Assembly: GCA_049323115.1 (NCBI GenBank)
Contig: JBMOMP010000031.1
Coordinates: 36,018-100,017 of the forward strand
Reading direction: 5' to 3'
DNA from: Chloroflexota bacterium
GTDB taxonomy: Bacteria; Chloroflexota; Anaerolineae; Anaerolineales; Villigracilaceae
Length of the DNA: 64,000 bases
Part shown: one piece after another, positions 45,283 to 54,218 of the stretch
How positions within the stretch are numbered: the first letter of the stretch is position 1
Layout: each line of letters begins with the position of its first letter
Position numbers and translations under genes: made by a program
Notes under the pieces: generated by a model
The model's input: only the letters and a program-made list of their open reading frames with translations
The model's database searches: none
Told to the model about the DNA's origin: nothing

Positions 45283-46036
45283 ATTCCAGTAGCTCCTGGG
45301 CAAGGACACGATATTGTTGCGAGCCGCGACTATTGGGTTTGTATTGCGTAATTGGCTGGCCGGCAATAGGGCTTTCCCGCAGTTTCGTGTCAATTTCAAT
45401 CACGGTTTCGAACAGGCCTTTGCCAAAGGTATTTTGCAGTTGCTCTTGGATGTTACGGTGGGTGCGGTTCCTGCGATCCAGCATGGTGATGAGGATGCGG
45501 TAGGCGAGGTCGGGGTTGCTTTCCTGCCGTATCCGACGGATCATCCCCATCATATTGCGCAGGGCATAGGCAGAAAAGAACTCGGCTTGCGTAGGGATGA
45601 CCAGCAAATTTGCTGCGCTCAAGGCGTTTTGGGTAATGGCCCCCAGGAAGGGCGGACAGTCCAACAGGACAAACTGGTAGGGTAAGGGGGCTGCTGCTCC
45701 CAACGCGCGTCTTAGGATGGCTGTGTAGTTGTTGCGGATAGGGAGGTATTGCTCTGCAGTTTCGATGTTGGAGTGCGCCGGGATCAAGTCAATATTCTCG
45801 ATTTCTGTCTTTTGGATGGCGCTCAACAAGGGGGCTCCTTCTACCAGTATGTTGCTGGACGAAACCGGCGCCTGGTTGATTTCCAACCCAACGGCCAGAG
45901 TTAAATTTGCCTGGGGATCCAGATCCATCAGTAATACTCTTTGTCTGGTTTCTGCCAGGGCGGCGCCAAGAGATAAGGTGGATGTTGTTTTTGCCACCCC
46001 GCCTTTCTCGTTTGCAATTGCAATTATGTAAGTCAT
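45251..46036 (-). CDS. ParA/MinD-like deviant Walker-A ATPase (orphan; no ParB or parS nearby)
   Basis: IAIANEKGGVAKTTSTLSLG is the KGGxxK[ST] motif, followed by LLMDLDPQAN and VLLDCPP. The ATG at 46036 lies 6 nt after GGAGA; an alternative ATG is at 46042. Confidence 0.85.
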   Translation of the reverse strand: MTYIIAIANEKGGVAKTTSTLSLGAALAETRQRVLLMDLDPQANLTLAVGLEINQAPVSSSNILVEGAPLLSAIQKTEIENIDLIPAHSNIETAEQYLPIRNNYTAILRRALGAAAPLPYQFVLLDCPPFLGAITQNALSAANLLVIPTQAEFFSAYALRNMMGMIRRIRQESNPDLAYRILITMLDRRNRTHRNIQEQLQNTFGKGLFETVIEIDTKLRESPIAGQPITQYKPNSRGSQQYRVLAQELLEYVEEKDKQQA

Positions 46037-46076
46037 ACGCATTCTCCGTGCCCGGTTTTATCAATTTGAGCTGTTT

Positions 46077-48104
46077 TCATTTTTCATTGCTCTCTGGTTT
46101 TGGCAGGACGTGAGGCAATAACTGTACTTGTGTAGCCCCAAGCGCCACTTTGAGTTCTTCAAGGGCGATTCGTACCATGTCATCTGGATCGCTGGCGCTT
46201 CGTATTTTTGTTGTAATATCGGATACAAGGCGTTCTCGCTCTGCACGGCGCGTTGTCTCTTCCAAGAGGCGTGCATTCTCTGCCGAAATCGCCACGCGGC
46301 CAGCAACTGCCTTGATTAAATCCAGTTGATCCACACTCGGTTCTACTGTCAACGGAAGGTGGACGTCCAGCGTACCAATACGCTCTCCGCGGATCTCGAT
46401 TGGCATGGAGACTGAGTGGGTTCGCTCCTCGGTTGCAAGCAGGCTTTTATCCTGATTGAACCGTTGCCAGTCGCTTGGTTTTTCGACCTGGCTAACTCCG
46501 TCGGCTGTATAAATGATCCCGGCCAATGCCTGCTCTTTTGGTAATCTGTTCCAGGCTTGTCGGATGTATTGCCGGTAAACTGTCTCGGCTTCGTCCAGGG
46601 ATTTCCGCGCCTGGTCAAACAGGCGTGCATTTTCGATTGCAAGGCTCACCTGATCTGCCAGGAGGGAGAGCGCGCGAACATCATCTTCGCTAAAGGCGGC
46701 CGGCTCGGTGCTTTGTACATCCAGGGCACCAACGATAGATTTGCCAATCCTCAATGGTAGCGCTATTTCTGAGCGAGTTTGTGGCAGGTCGGGATTGTCG
46801 AAAAATACTGCATCTTCGCCAACATCCAGCGCGATACGCGGGTTGCCCGATCCGGTTGTGTAACCAACGATACCTTGTTCTCCTATCTTCAACTTATGCC
46901 CGCGCTCAAGCATGTGTTGGCCGCCTTCACTGTTCGCCGCCCTGAGAAGAGCATATTCTTTTCGGTCGTCGGTAAGGAAAATACCGACATGGTAAAAGCC
47001 AAACTCGCGACTGATCAGCTGGGTTATTTGGGGTAACAGTTCGTCCAAAGAGCGGATGGACGAAATTGCGCTGCTGACCAAAGTGATGGCCTCGAACTGT
47101 TTTGCACGCCGGTTGCTTTCTCTGCTCGCTAGTGCCAGGTCGCGGGTGCGTTCTTGCACTCTCTGCTCCAGTCCTGTCAGCGTCTCTCGAAGTTGTCTGG
47201 ACATATTGTTGAGCGTAGAAGCGAGGGCGGATATTTCGTCATTGCCGCCAATCGAAATAATAGCGCGCCTGTCCAGGTAACCTTCTTCCATAGCCTGTGC
47301 GGCATTTTGCACAACTTGCAATCTTTTGCTGACAGAGCGGGCGATGGAATAAGAAAGCAACAGACCAAAAATGATTGCTAGAAGTAGAGCCAGGACCATC
47401 CGTAAAATGATATCCTGGTAGGCGATTTGGATCATTTCGTTCAGCACGGTGGAAGCGTCGTCATTAATTTCAATTAATTGTTCAATGGAAGAGCGCGCCG
47501 ACGCAAGCGCTAAGAGTGCATCTTGATTTGCTTCGATGTCTAGAGCGCCTGCTTCTATTGCAACGACCATTGCGTTATATGATGATGAATATTTGGCATA
47601 TTCACTCGCAAACCGGTTAAAGTTCTCCAACTCCTTTGCCTGTAAGTCGTTGACCTTTTGTTCGATCTCGAGTTGTTTTGTTTGGCGCAGACCGGCAGGG
47701 AACTCTAAGGGTATAGGAGACAACCAAGTTGCCGCATACGTATCAATAATTGGTTTTATTTGTTCTTCCGCAGCGTGGATCGTTTGAATGTGATGGGTTT
47801 GTTCAGCCGTCAGGAGGTTTTTGTTTTGTAATGCAATCAGTGCAGTTTGAATATCGGCTAAAGCAGTGTTTACTTGACTGACTTTGGTGAAAGGTAGCAA
47901 TACTGTTTCGTAGTTTTTGTCTTGTTGGGCGCGAATTAACGTTAAACCACGGAGTGCGGTCAGGAAGACACCTATCGTGCCTAGCGCCATTACAAAGATC
48001 AATACGTTTAATTTCCAACTGACCTTTATATTTGCGAAGATGTCTTCCTGCGATTCTGCAGGCGCTTGCATTGTTTGTATTTGGCGGATATCGTTTGCGG
48101 TCAT
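46077..48104 (-). CDS. Receptor-like protein P1: TM / 4-helix-bundle-like sensor / TM / HAMP / signalling helix / GAF / half-GAF module / conserved tail; no output domain
   Basis: HAMP: IARSVSKRLQVVQNAAQAMEEGYLD...NDEISALASTLNNMSRQL. S-helix: LEQRVQERTRDL. GAF: FGFYHVGIFL...RSEIALPL...GALDVQS...LADQVSLAIENARLF. Tail: RERLVSDITTKIRSASDPDDMVRIALEELKVALGATQVQL. Confidence 0.8.
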   Translation of the reverse strand: MTANDIRQIQTMQAPAESQEDIFANIKVSWKLNVLIFVMALGTIGVFLTALRGLTLIRAQQDKNYETVLLPFTKVSQVNTALADIQTALIALQNKNLLTAEQTHHIQTIHAAEEQIKPIIDTYAATWLSPIPLEFPAGLRQTKQLEIEQKVNDLQAKELENFNRFASEYAKYSSSYNAMVVAIEAGALDIEANQDALLALASARSSIEQLIEINDDASTVLNEMIQIAYQDIILRMVLALLLAIIFGLLLSYSIARSVSKRLQVVQNAAQAMEEGYLDRRAIISIGGNDEISALASTLNNMSRQLRETLTGLEQRVQERTRDLALASRESNRRAKQFEAITLVSSAISSIRSLDELLPQITQLISREFGFYHVGIFLTDDRKEYALLRAANSEGGQHMLERGHKLKIGEQGIVGYTTGSGNPRIALDVGEDAVFFDNPDLPQTRSEIALPLRIGKSIVGALDVQSTEPAAFSEDDVRALSLLADQVSLAIENARLFDQARKSLDEAETVYRQYIRQAWNRLPKEQALAGIIYTADGVSQVEKPSDWQRFNQDKSLLATEERTHSVSMPIEIRGERIGTLDVHLPLTVEPSVDQLDLIKAVAGRVAISAENARLLEETTRRAERERLVSDITTKIRSASDPDDMVRIALEELKVALGATQVQLLPHVLPKPESNEK

Positions 48105-48107
48105 GCC

Positions 48108-50576
48108 TTACCTGTCAGTTTCTTTTTGCTTCAAGCGAATGGATACTTCGGAGCCAGGGATGGCCCGTCCCAACTCTTCAACAGCAGTGCGCAGAATGTT
48201 TTTAACATTGACGGATTCACCAATTTTCGATGTTATCTCGCTAATCGTTCTCTCACGGGTGGCGCGGCGGCGGGCTTCATCCAATAGATAGGCGCTTTCC
48301 AATGCCAACGCAGCGCGTTCGGCAGCGGCTTTTGTTAGGACCAATTCGTCATCGGTCCACTTGCGTTGGGTTTGCTTGGGCTTGATTTCGAGCATCCCCA
48401 TGGTTTGCCCGCGCAGTACGAGCGGGATGCTCATTTTGTCATCGTTGCTATCCATAAGGGAGGGCGCAATGGGCGCATCAAGCGGTAGGGTTGTTCCATC
48501 TCTGTAAAGGTAGCCCGTTTTTTTTGTTTGGCGGGTATATTGGGACCAAGCCTGGCCAAAATATTTATGATATGTTTCTTCTGCTTTTGCCAGTGCTCGT
48601 TGTGTTTCTGTAAATGAGCGCGAGTTCTCGATAGCAACTGCAACCTGGTCTGCCAGGGTGGAGATTACTGCAATATCTTCCTGCGAGAAAGCGTTTGTTT
48701 CGGTGCTTTGAACGTCCAGTACGCCAATCAATTGTTGACCAACTTTGAGGGGCAAGGCCATTTCTGAGCGTGTCTCTGGGAGGTCGGGATTATTGAAAAA
48801 GACAGCGTCTGCGCCGGTATCAAGGGCAATACGCGCTGATTGGGTACTGGCTGCGAAGCCGACAATGCTGTGCGGTTCGACAGCCAATTTGTGTTGGCGC
48901 GCCAGCATTTTTTGTCCTCCTTCGCTATTGGCGGCTACCAGCACGACATCTTGCCCGCTTGTATCTAATAAGAAAATGCCAGTATGATAGAAACCAAATT
49001 GCTCGGAGATCTCCCGGGTGATATCGGACAGGAGCAGGCCCAGGTCGCGGATGGATGCGGCGGCGCGCGCAACTTCTGAGACCGCCTGGAGTTGATTCGC
49101 TCGTTTTTGTAGCGCGGACGTACGTTCCTGTACCCGTTCTTCGAGAGAGGAGATCAAATCGCTCAATCTTGCCGACATGGTGTTCAGAGTCTCGGCCAGG
49201 GTCGTGATCTCGTCCTTCACTCTTGTGGTGATACTGGCTTGGGCTGCCAGGTTTCCGGATGCAATTTCAGATGCTGTTTGTGTTAACTTGGTTAGTGGTG
49301 AGGTGAGCAGGTTGCTGACACCCCAAGAGACAAGTGTTGCAACTCCTATAACGACACCCAGTACGATGAAGACAAAAATGATCGTTGTGGCGGTTTCGCG
49401 TTCCAGCGTCTGGATAGCGGTAAGGAATGGCTGGCGCAGTTCACTGACCGGTACGACGATGCCCAGGCTGTAGTTGACATTTGGGATGGGGCGGTAGGCA
49501 ACATATTTATCAACCCCATTGACCTGTACGATTTGCAGACCTCGTTGCCCTCCGGTCATCTTGATTACAATCTTGAACATTTCAAGGGGTACTTTGTCTG
49601 GCAGGGTGTATTGAACGATTTCGTCGTCCGGGATGTCGGCGGGAATGCCAAAATCTGCATACCCTTCTTTTGGCATTGAGATCACGCGACCTTCTTTGTC
49701 AACCAGGAAAGCATAACCTGTGTTACCGGCTCGGATGGAGGAGACTGCCTGGGTCACGCTGGTCATGAGTACATCGGCTGCCACCACGCCTCGAAATTCG
49801 TTGGAAGCGTCATAAATAGGAGCGCTGCTTGTAATCACCAGACCGTGCAAAGCGGCATCTTGGTAAGGGACAGACCATACGGTCTCTCGGTTTGGGTCCG
49901 ATACAGGCAAGGCTGCTAAAAACCAGGGTCTTTGCGTAACATCGAAATCAGCCGGCACAATGTTGGCGAGGTCTATATTTGGGTAATACAATGTTTCCTT
50001 ATCGTTTCCACCAAAGTACAATGCAATGATATTTGGGTTTTCCTTCAGTATGATCGGCGCAATCGTATCCAATTGTTTTAGTGCATTAATCTCACTTGCC
50101 AGTTTCCCAGTCAATACCACTTTGGCCGGGATGAAGATCGAGCCAGTTTCCTGGTTGGGATTATCCAAACTTCCGCCAGGAAGAGGAAATAGGGTTTCGC
50201 TTGCGTTCCATAAGACTCCAGAAATATAGATGCCATTAGCCAGTTCGTTTTCCTGCTCGATGAAAGTTTCTGTGGCAATGCGAGCCGTTTCCAGGTTCTT
50301 TTCAGTAGTTTTAAAGAAAGAATTTAGCGCTGACGCCCCTTCGATTAGCGTAGCATTCAAGCGGTTTTCAGTTTCCTGTTGCACGCTTTTGTCTAATTGC
50401 TCTGTCAACAAAGTACTGAGCGCTTGGGCACGATTAAGCAGGTAGTATCCAACAAAGATGATTGCTGCAATTGTAATAAACAGGTTGGCAACAATCAATT
50501 TTGTGCGCAGGGAGACAAAATTGGAGCGTGGCGCCTTATTTTTGGGAGTGTGATTTTCTGGAAGCGTGTCTGTCAT
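48108..50576 (-). CDS. Receptor-like protein P2: TM / dCache_1-like sensor / TM / HAMP / GAF / half-GAF module / conserved tail
   Basis: The double-Cache pattern is present (RPWFLAA, VPYQDAALHGLVITSSAPIYD...GVVAADV, GYAFLVDKEGRV). HAMP and LEERVQERTSAL follow. The GAF core is the same as in P1. Tail: RERTISEITSKIGESVNVKNILRTAVEELGRAI. Confidence 0.8.
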   Translation of the reverse strand: MTDTLPENHTPKNKAPRSNFVSLRTKLIVANLFITIAAIIFVGYYLLNRAQALSTLLTEQLDKSVQQETENRLNATLIEGASALNSFFKTTEKNLETARIATETFIEQENELANGIYISGVLWNASETLFPLPGGSLDNPNQETGSIFIPAKVVLTGKLASEINALKQLDTIAPIILKENPNIIALYFGGNDKETLYYPNIDLANIVPADFDVTQRPWFLAALPVSDPNRETVWSVPYQDAALHGLVITSSAPIYDASNEFRGVVAADVLMTSVTQAVSSIRAGNTGYAFLVDKEGRVISMPKEGYADFGIPADIPDDEIVQYTLPDKVPLEMFKIVIKMTGGQRGLQIVQVNGVDKYVAYRPIPNVNYSLGIVVPVSELRQPFLTAIQTLERETATTIIFVFIVLGVVIGVATLVSWGVSNLLTSPLTKLTQTASEIASGNLAAQASITTRVKDEITTLAETLNTMSARLSDLISSLEERVQERTSALQKRANQLQAVSEVARAAASIRDLGLLLSDITREISEQFGFYHTGIFLLDTSGQDVVLVAANSEGGQKMLARQHKLAVEPHSIVGFAASTQSARIALDTGADAVFFNNPDLPETRSEMALPLKVGQQLIGVLDVQSTETNAFSQEDIAVISTLADQVAVAIENSRSFTETQRALAKAEETYHKYFGQAWSQYTRQTKKTGYLYRDGTTLPLDAPIAPSLMDSNDDKMSIPLVLRGQTMGMLEIKPKQTQRKWTDDELVLTKAAAERAALALESAYLLDEARRRATRERTISEITSKIGESVNVKNILRTAVEELGRAIPGSEVSIRLKQKETDR

Positions 50577-50599
50577 ACAAACTCGTTTCGATACTTAAC

Positions 50600-52564
50600 T
50601 TAGAGCGCTTGGTTTTCAGGTTGATTGGGCGTATCGTCTGAAAGGATCTTGACGCTTACTTCACAATCGGTCAATAAAGTACCCAGGCTTTCGGCAGTGG
50701 CCCGCAGGATTGTATCCACTTCCGGTTCGGCCCCGATGCGGCTGGAAACATTGGCGATTGCGCGTTCCAGTTCGACGCGGCGTTGCGTGTCTTGGTACAA
50801 TCGCGCGCTTTCCAGCGCAGCGCTAATTTGATAAACCAGCCTGTTCACAACGCCTATTTCATCGAGCGTCCAATCTTGCGTTTCGGGTGACTTCACCAAA
50901 CGCACAATGCCGATTGTCTGGTTGCGCACTTGAATTGGAGCAGCCAGCGTTTTTCGGTCGTCGCTCAAGATAGGTTCGCCTGCCTTACTGGCTTGGACCG
51001 CCTCCGGTTGTTGCAGCGTGGCATCGCTGGGCATTATTTCTCCATGTGCATACCCGATAAAACCTGTTTTGCTTACCCTGGTGAGTACCCGTCGCCATCC
51101 TTCTTGGCTGCTTTCCGCATAAGCCCGGCGGACAGCCGCAAGAGCCTGCTGTGTTTTCTCCAATAAGCGGGCGTTTTGCAAGGCGGTTGCCAGTTGATCT
51201 GCCAGTACCTGGAGGGTAGGAATATCATCTTCGGCAAAAGCGTTTGGCTCAGTACTCTGGATGTCCAATATCCCCAGCGTTTCTCCTCCTGCAATGATGG
51301 GGAGGGACATCTCGGAGCGCGTTTGAGGTAATTGCGGATTATTGAAATAAACTGCGTCCTTACCGACATCCAGCGCGATTCTTGCCTGGCCCGAACCTGC
51401 TACCGTTCCAACGATGCCTACCTCACCGACTTTCAGCTTGTGTCCTTGCGCCAACATGCGCGCCCCGCCAGGACTGTTCGAGGCTCGCAATATAGCGTAC
51501 TCTTTAGGGTCGTCTAATAAAAAGATGCCAACATGATAGAAACCAAACCGGTCACTGATTAATTGGCTGGTCCTGTGTAGCAACTCATTCAACTCATGTT
51601 GCGCAGCGACTGACTTTCCGACCTCAACAGCCGCTTGAATTTGGGATACCCGTCTTTCCAGCGCTTTTGTGCGCTCTGCAACCTGCTCCTCCAAATTCGT
51701 TACAAGTTTTCGCAATTGGCCAGCCATGTCGTTGAATGTGTCTGCAACCAATCCCATTTCATCGGCGCTGTTGAGCTCGATCTTGGCATCGAGGTTCCCG
51801 CCTGCCAGTTGTTTGACGCCAATTGTTAGGGTTTCAAGGGGAGTGGTCAAGTTTTTGCCAAACAGCCATCCAAGTCCTGCAATGAGAGGAATGGATAAGA
51901 GAAGAACGATTGCCGCTGTAAAGAGGGCTTGTTGTTCCTTTTCAAGCACTTTGGAGGCCGATATGTCTATGCCGACGATTCCTTCGCGCTGGCCATCTGA
52001 GCGATAAAAAGGAGCATAGGCGGTGAGCCAGGTCCCCCACTTGTCAGTGTAAAAATCTGCCTCTACCACAGGCTCTTGTAAAGTCGAAAACGACTCGCGA
52101 AGTAAGGGGCCAGCATCATCATATACATCCCCCAAATGAGAAATATCCTCCTCGCTCTCTTCTGCGTCAACGATGAACACAATATTTCCATCTGCATTCT
52201 GGCGCATTGTATATACAAAGCGGATGTCTGTGCCAGAGTCGCGGATATCTTGTAAAACTCTTTTTAGCGCAAGATAGGTTTCGTTTCCTTCTTGAGATGG
52301 ATCGGTCAGCAGGGCATGTTCATCTCCATCAATCTGTAATGCGCCAACAGCGGCAACATCTCGCAGGCGCTCCCGGATATCCTGGCGCAATTGTGCGCGT
52401 GCGCTCCAATAATATGCAAGCGTTATCAGGCCGACAAAGAAGATGGCCAGGAAGGAAAAGGCAAACGCTGATTTTATTCGCAGACTCAAATAATATTGGG
52501 ACCGTCTGGTGTTATTCACGCGTTTGCCCTCCTGAGATTGCGCGTTTGCTGTCGGTCGAGGCAT
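50600..52564 (-). CDS. Receptor-like protein P3: TM / single-Cache-like sensor / TM / HAMP / GAF / half-GAF module / conserved tail
   Basis: The periplasmic segment reads IRFVYTMRQNADGNIVFIVDAE...WGTWLTAYAPF...GIVGIDIS. HAMP and LEEQVAERTKAL follow, then the GAF core. Tail: LERAIANVSSRIGAEPEVDTILRATAESLGTLL. Confidence 0.8.
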   Translation of the reverse strand: MPRPTANAQSQEGKRVNNTRRSQYYLSLRIKSAFAFSFLAIFFVGLITLAYYWSARAQLRQDIRERLRDVAAVGALQIDGDEHALLTDPSQEGNETYLALKRVLQDIRDSGTDIRFVYTMRQNADGNIVFIVDAEESEEDISHLGDVYDDAGPLLRESFSTLQEPVVEADFYTDKWGTWLTAYAPFYRSDGQREGIVGIDISASKVLEKEQQALFTAAIVLLLSIPLIAGLGWLFGKNLTTPLETLTIGVKQLAGGNLDAKIELNSADEMGLVADTFNDMAGQLRKLVTNLEEQVAERTKALERRVSQIQAAVEVGKSVAAQHELNELLHRTSQLISDRFGFYHVGIFLLDDPKEYAILRASNSPGGARMLAQGHKLKVGEVGIVGTVAGSGQARIALDVGKDAVYFNNPQLPQTRSEMSLPIIAGGETLGILDIQSTEPNAFAEDDIPTLQVLADQLATALQNARLLEKTQQALAAVRRAYAESSQEGWRRVLTRVSKTGFIGYAHGEIMPSDATLQQPEAVQASKAGEPILSDDRKTLAAPIQVRNQTIGIVRLVKSPETQDWTLDEIGVVNRLVYQISAALESARLYQDTQRRVELERAIANVSSRIGAEPEVDTILRATAESLGTLLTDCEVSVKILSDDTPNQPENQAL

Positions 52565-54218
52565 CCTGGGGGGTGGTCAATCGTACTTCGGCCTCTTGTA
52601 AATTTAACGCGCGTTGTAACTCTTGCGCTGCCGTGCGTAGAACGGTCTCCAAATCCAGAGTCTCTCTTATTCGGCTGCTTATATCTGTCACAGCCTGCTC
52701 GCGCAAGGCGCTTTCACGCGCCTGCTTGATCAATCGGGCGTTATCGAGTGCCAGTGCAGTTTGCGTGGCTATTTCATTTGCTAACTGGCGCTCATTACTC
52801 GTCCAGTCTGGCTGGCTGGGTTTTCGTTGGAGGGTAATTCTTCCGATCTTTTGCCCGCGGAACAATATAGGTATGGACATTGTATAGCGCTCATTGCTGG
52901 GAATTGCCTCCTGTTGCAATGAGCGAACGCCGGTCTGTGAATAATGATAACCAGGTATTTTGGAACTTAGTTGCTCTTGCCAATCCTGGCGAGCAAATTC
53001 CGTTGACATCATCTCCAGTTCGTGAATTAGAACTTGGCTTTCAGTGATCAAACGGACATTTTCTATTGCAACGGCTATTTGATCTGCCAGGGTTTGAAGG
53101 ATATCTACATCATCCTGATTGAATGCTTGAGGTTCGGTGGATTGAACATCCAGAACGCCAATCAGCCTGTCTTGTGCTATGAGCGGAATTGCAATTTCTG
53201 AGCGGGTTTTAGGGAGCTCCGGGTTGTTGAAAAACACAGCATCTTCCCCAACATCCAGCGCAATGCGTGGTCTTTTTTCTGCCGCTACAAAGCCCACGAT
53301 CCCTTCTGTGCCGATGCGCAACCGATGCCCACGTTCTATCATCCGCCTACCGCCCTCTGAAGAGGTTGCCTGTAGGACGGCATAGTCTTCTTTTTCTGAA
53401 ATCAGGAAAATACCGGCATGGTAAAAGCCAAATTCTTTGGAAATCAATTGCGCTACATTGGGAAGCAGGACACTCAAATCTTTGAACTCCGCCGCCTGCT
53501 GGGCGATATAGGCGGCAGCGTTTAACTGATTGGCTTTTTTCTCGAGTTCCTTTGTTCGCTCTGCAACGCGTTGTTCCAAAGACGTGCGTTCTTCCTCAAG
53601 GGTTCGAAGGGCTTGGGTAAGGTCTTCGTTTGACTCTATGAAACCAAGTTGAAGTCTACGCAAACCGGCAACAACGATAACGGAAAGGAAAAGTTGTGTT
53701 GTTATGCTGCTGACCCAGTCTTCTAAATTTCCGGCGTTTGCTGTTGTATCTAAGAGCTGGTAATAGCCTCCCAGTATGGCCATTGCACCGGCGATGAGCG
53801 TGGCTATGCTCACTGCAATAGCAAGGATTCCAGCCCTGGGCGAAAAAAGCAGAGTAGTAATAGCAACAAACGTAAGCAAATAGATATCTGCGTTGCTAGT
53901 GATCCCGTTTTCGAGGATGTCGCCGATGCCAATTGCCAGCAACAAGAATAAGATTACTCCGCCTCGGACTTGATAAGGAAATGGAATGAAAATAACTGCA
54001 AGCAAAATGACATAACTTACAACGTAAACGATGAACAGGCTTTGGTCTGATATACTGAAGAAAGCGGAGGTGAGCGCAATCAAGCCAAAGATAGCTGCCC
54101 CGGCGAATAGGGAGTGCAAGAAACGGTTCCGCCATTCTTGTGGAGAAGTCAATTCTGATTCTGGGGTGTCAATTTGTTCGGGGCGTTTCATAGCATTTAC
54201 ATAATTTCCATCAATCAT
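52512..54218 (-). CDS. Receptor-like protein P4: polytopic (about 6 TM) N-terminus / signalling helix / GAF / half-GAF module / conserved tail (no HAMP seen)
   Basis: A hydrophobic N-terminal third is followed by LEQRVAERTKEL and the GAF core FGFYHAGIFL...RSEIAIPL...GVLDVQS...LADQIAVAIENVRL. Tail: REQAVTDISSRIRETLDLETVLRTAAQELQRAL. Confidence 0.8.
   Translation of the reverse strand: MIDGNYVNAMKRPEQIDTPESELTSPQEWRNRFLHSLFAGAAIFGLIALTSAFFSISDQSLFIVYVVSYVILLAVIFIPFPYQVRGGVILFLLLAIGIGDILENGITSNADIYLLTFVAITTLLFSPRAGILAIAVSIATLIAGAMAILGGYYQLLDTTANAGNLEDWVSSITTQLFLSVIVVAGLRRLQLGFIESNEDLTQALRTLEEERTSLEQRVAERTKELEKKANQLNAAAYIAQQAAEFKDLSVLLPNVAQLISKEFGFYHAGIFLISEKEDYAVLQATSSEGGRRMIERGHRLRIGTEGIVGFVAAEKRPRIALDVGEDAVFFNNPELPKTRSEIAIPLIAQDRLIGVLDVQSTEPQAFNQDDVDILQTLADQIAVAIENVRLITESQVLIHELEMMSTEFARQDWQEQLSSKIPGYHYSQTGVRSLQQEAIPSNERYTMSIPILFRGQKIGRITLQRKPSQPDWTSNERQLANEIATQTALALDNARLIKQARESALREQAVTDISSRIRETLDLETVLRTAAQELQRALNLQEAEVRLTTPQDASTDSKRAISGGQTRE

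Noticed and set aside
45283-45399. Upstream extension of the giant kinase ORF to a TTG at 45399
   Set aside because: It would overlap the ParA-like gene by about 150 nt. The ATG at 45282 gives a 32-nt overlap, which is typical of coupled genes.
45251-46036. ParA as evidence for a plasmid or partition locus
   Set aside because: There is no ParB, no centromere-like repeats and no replication genes. The flanking genes are chromosomal (tRNA, rpoB, trmFO, hflX).
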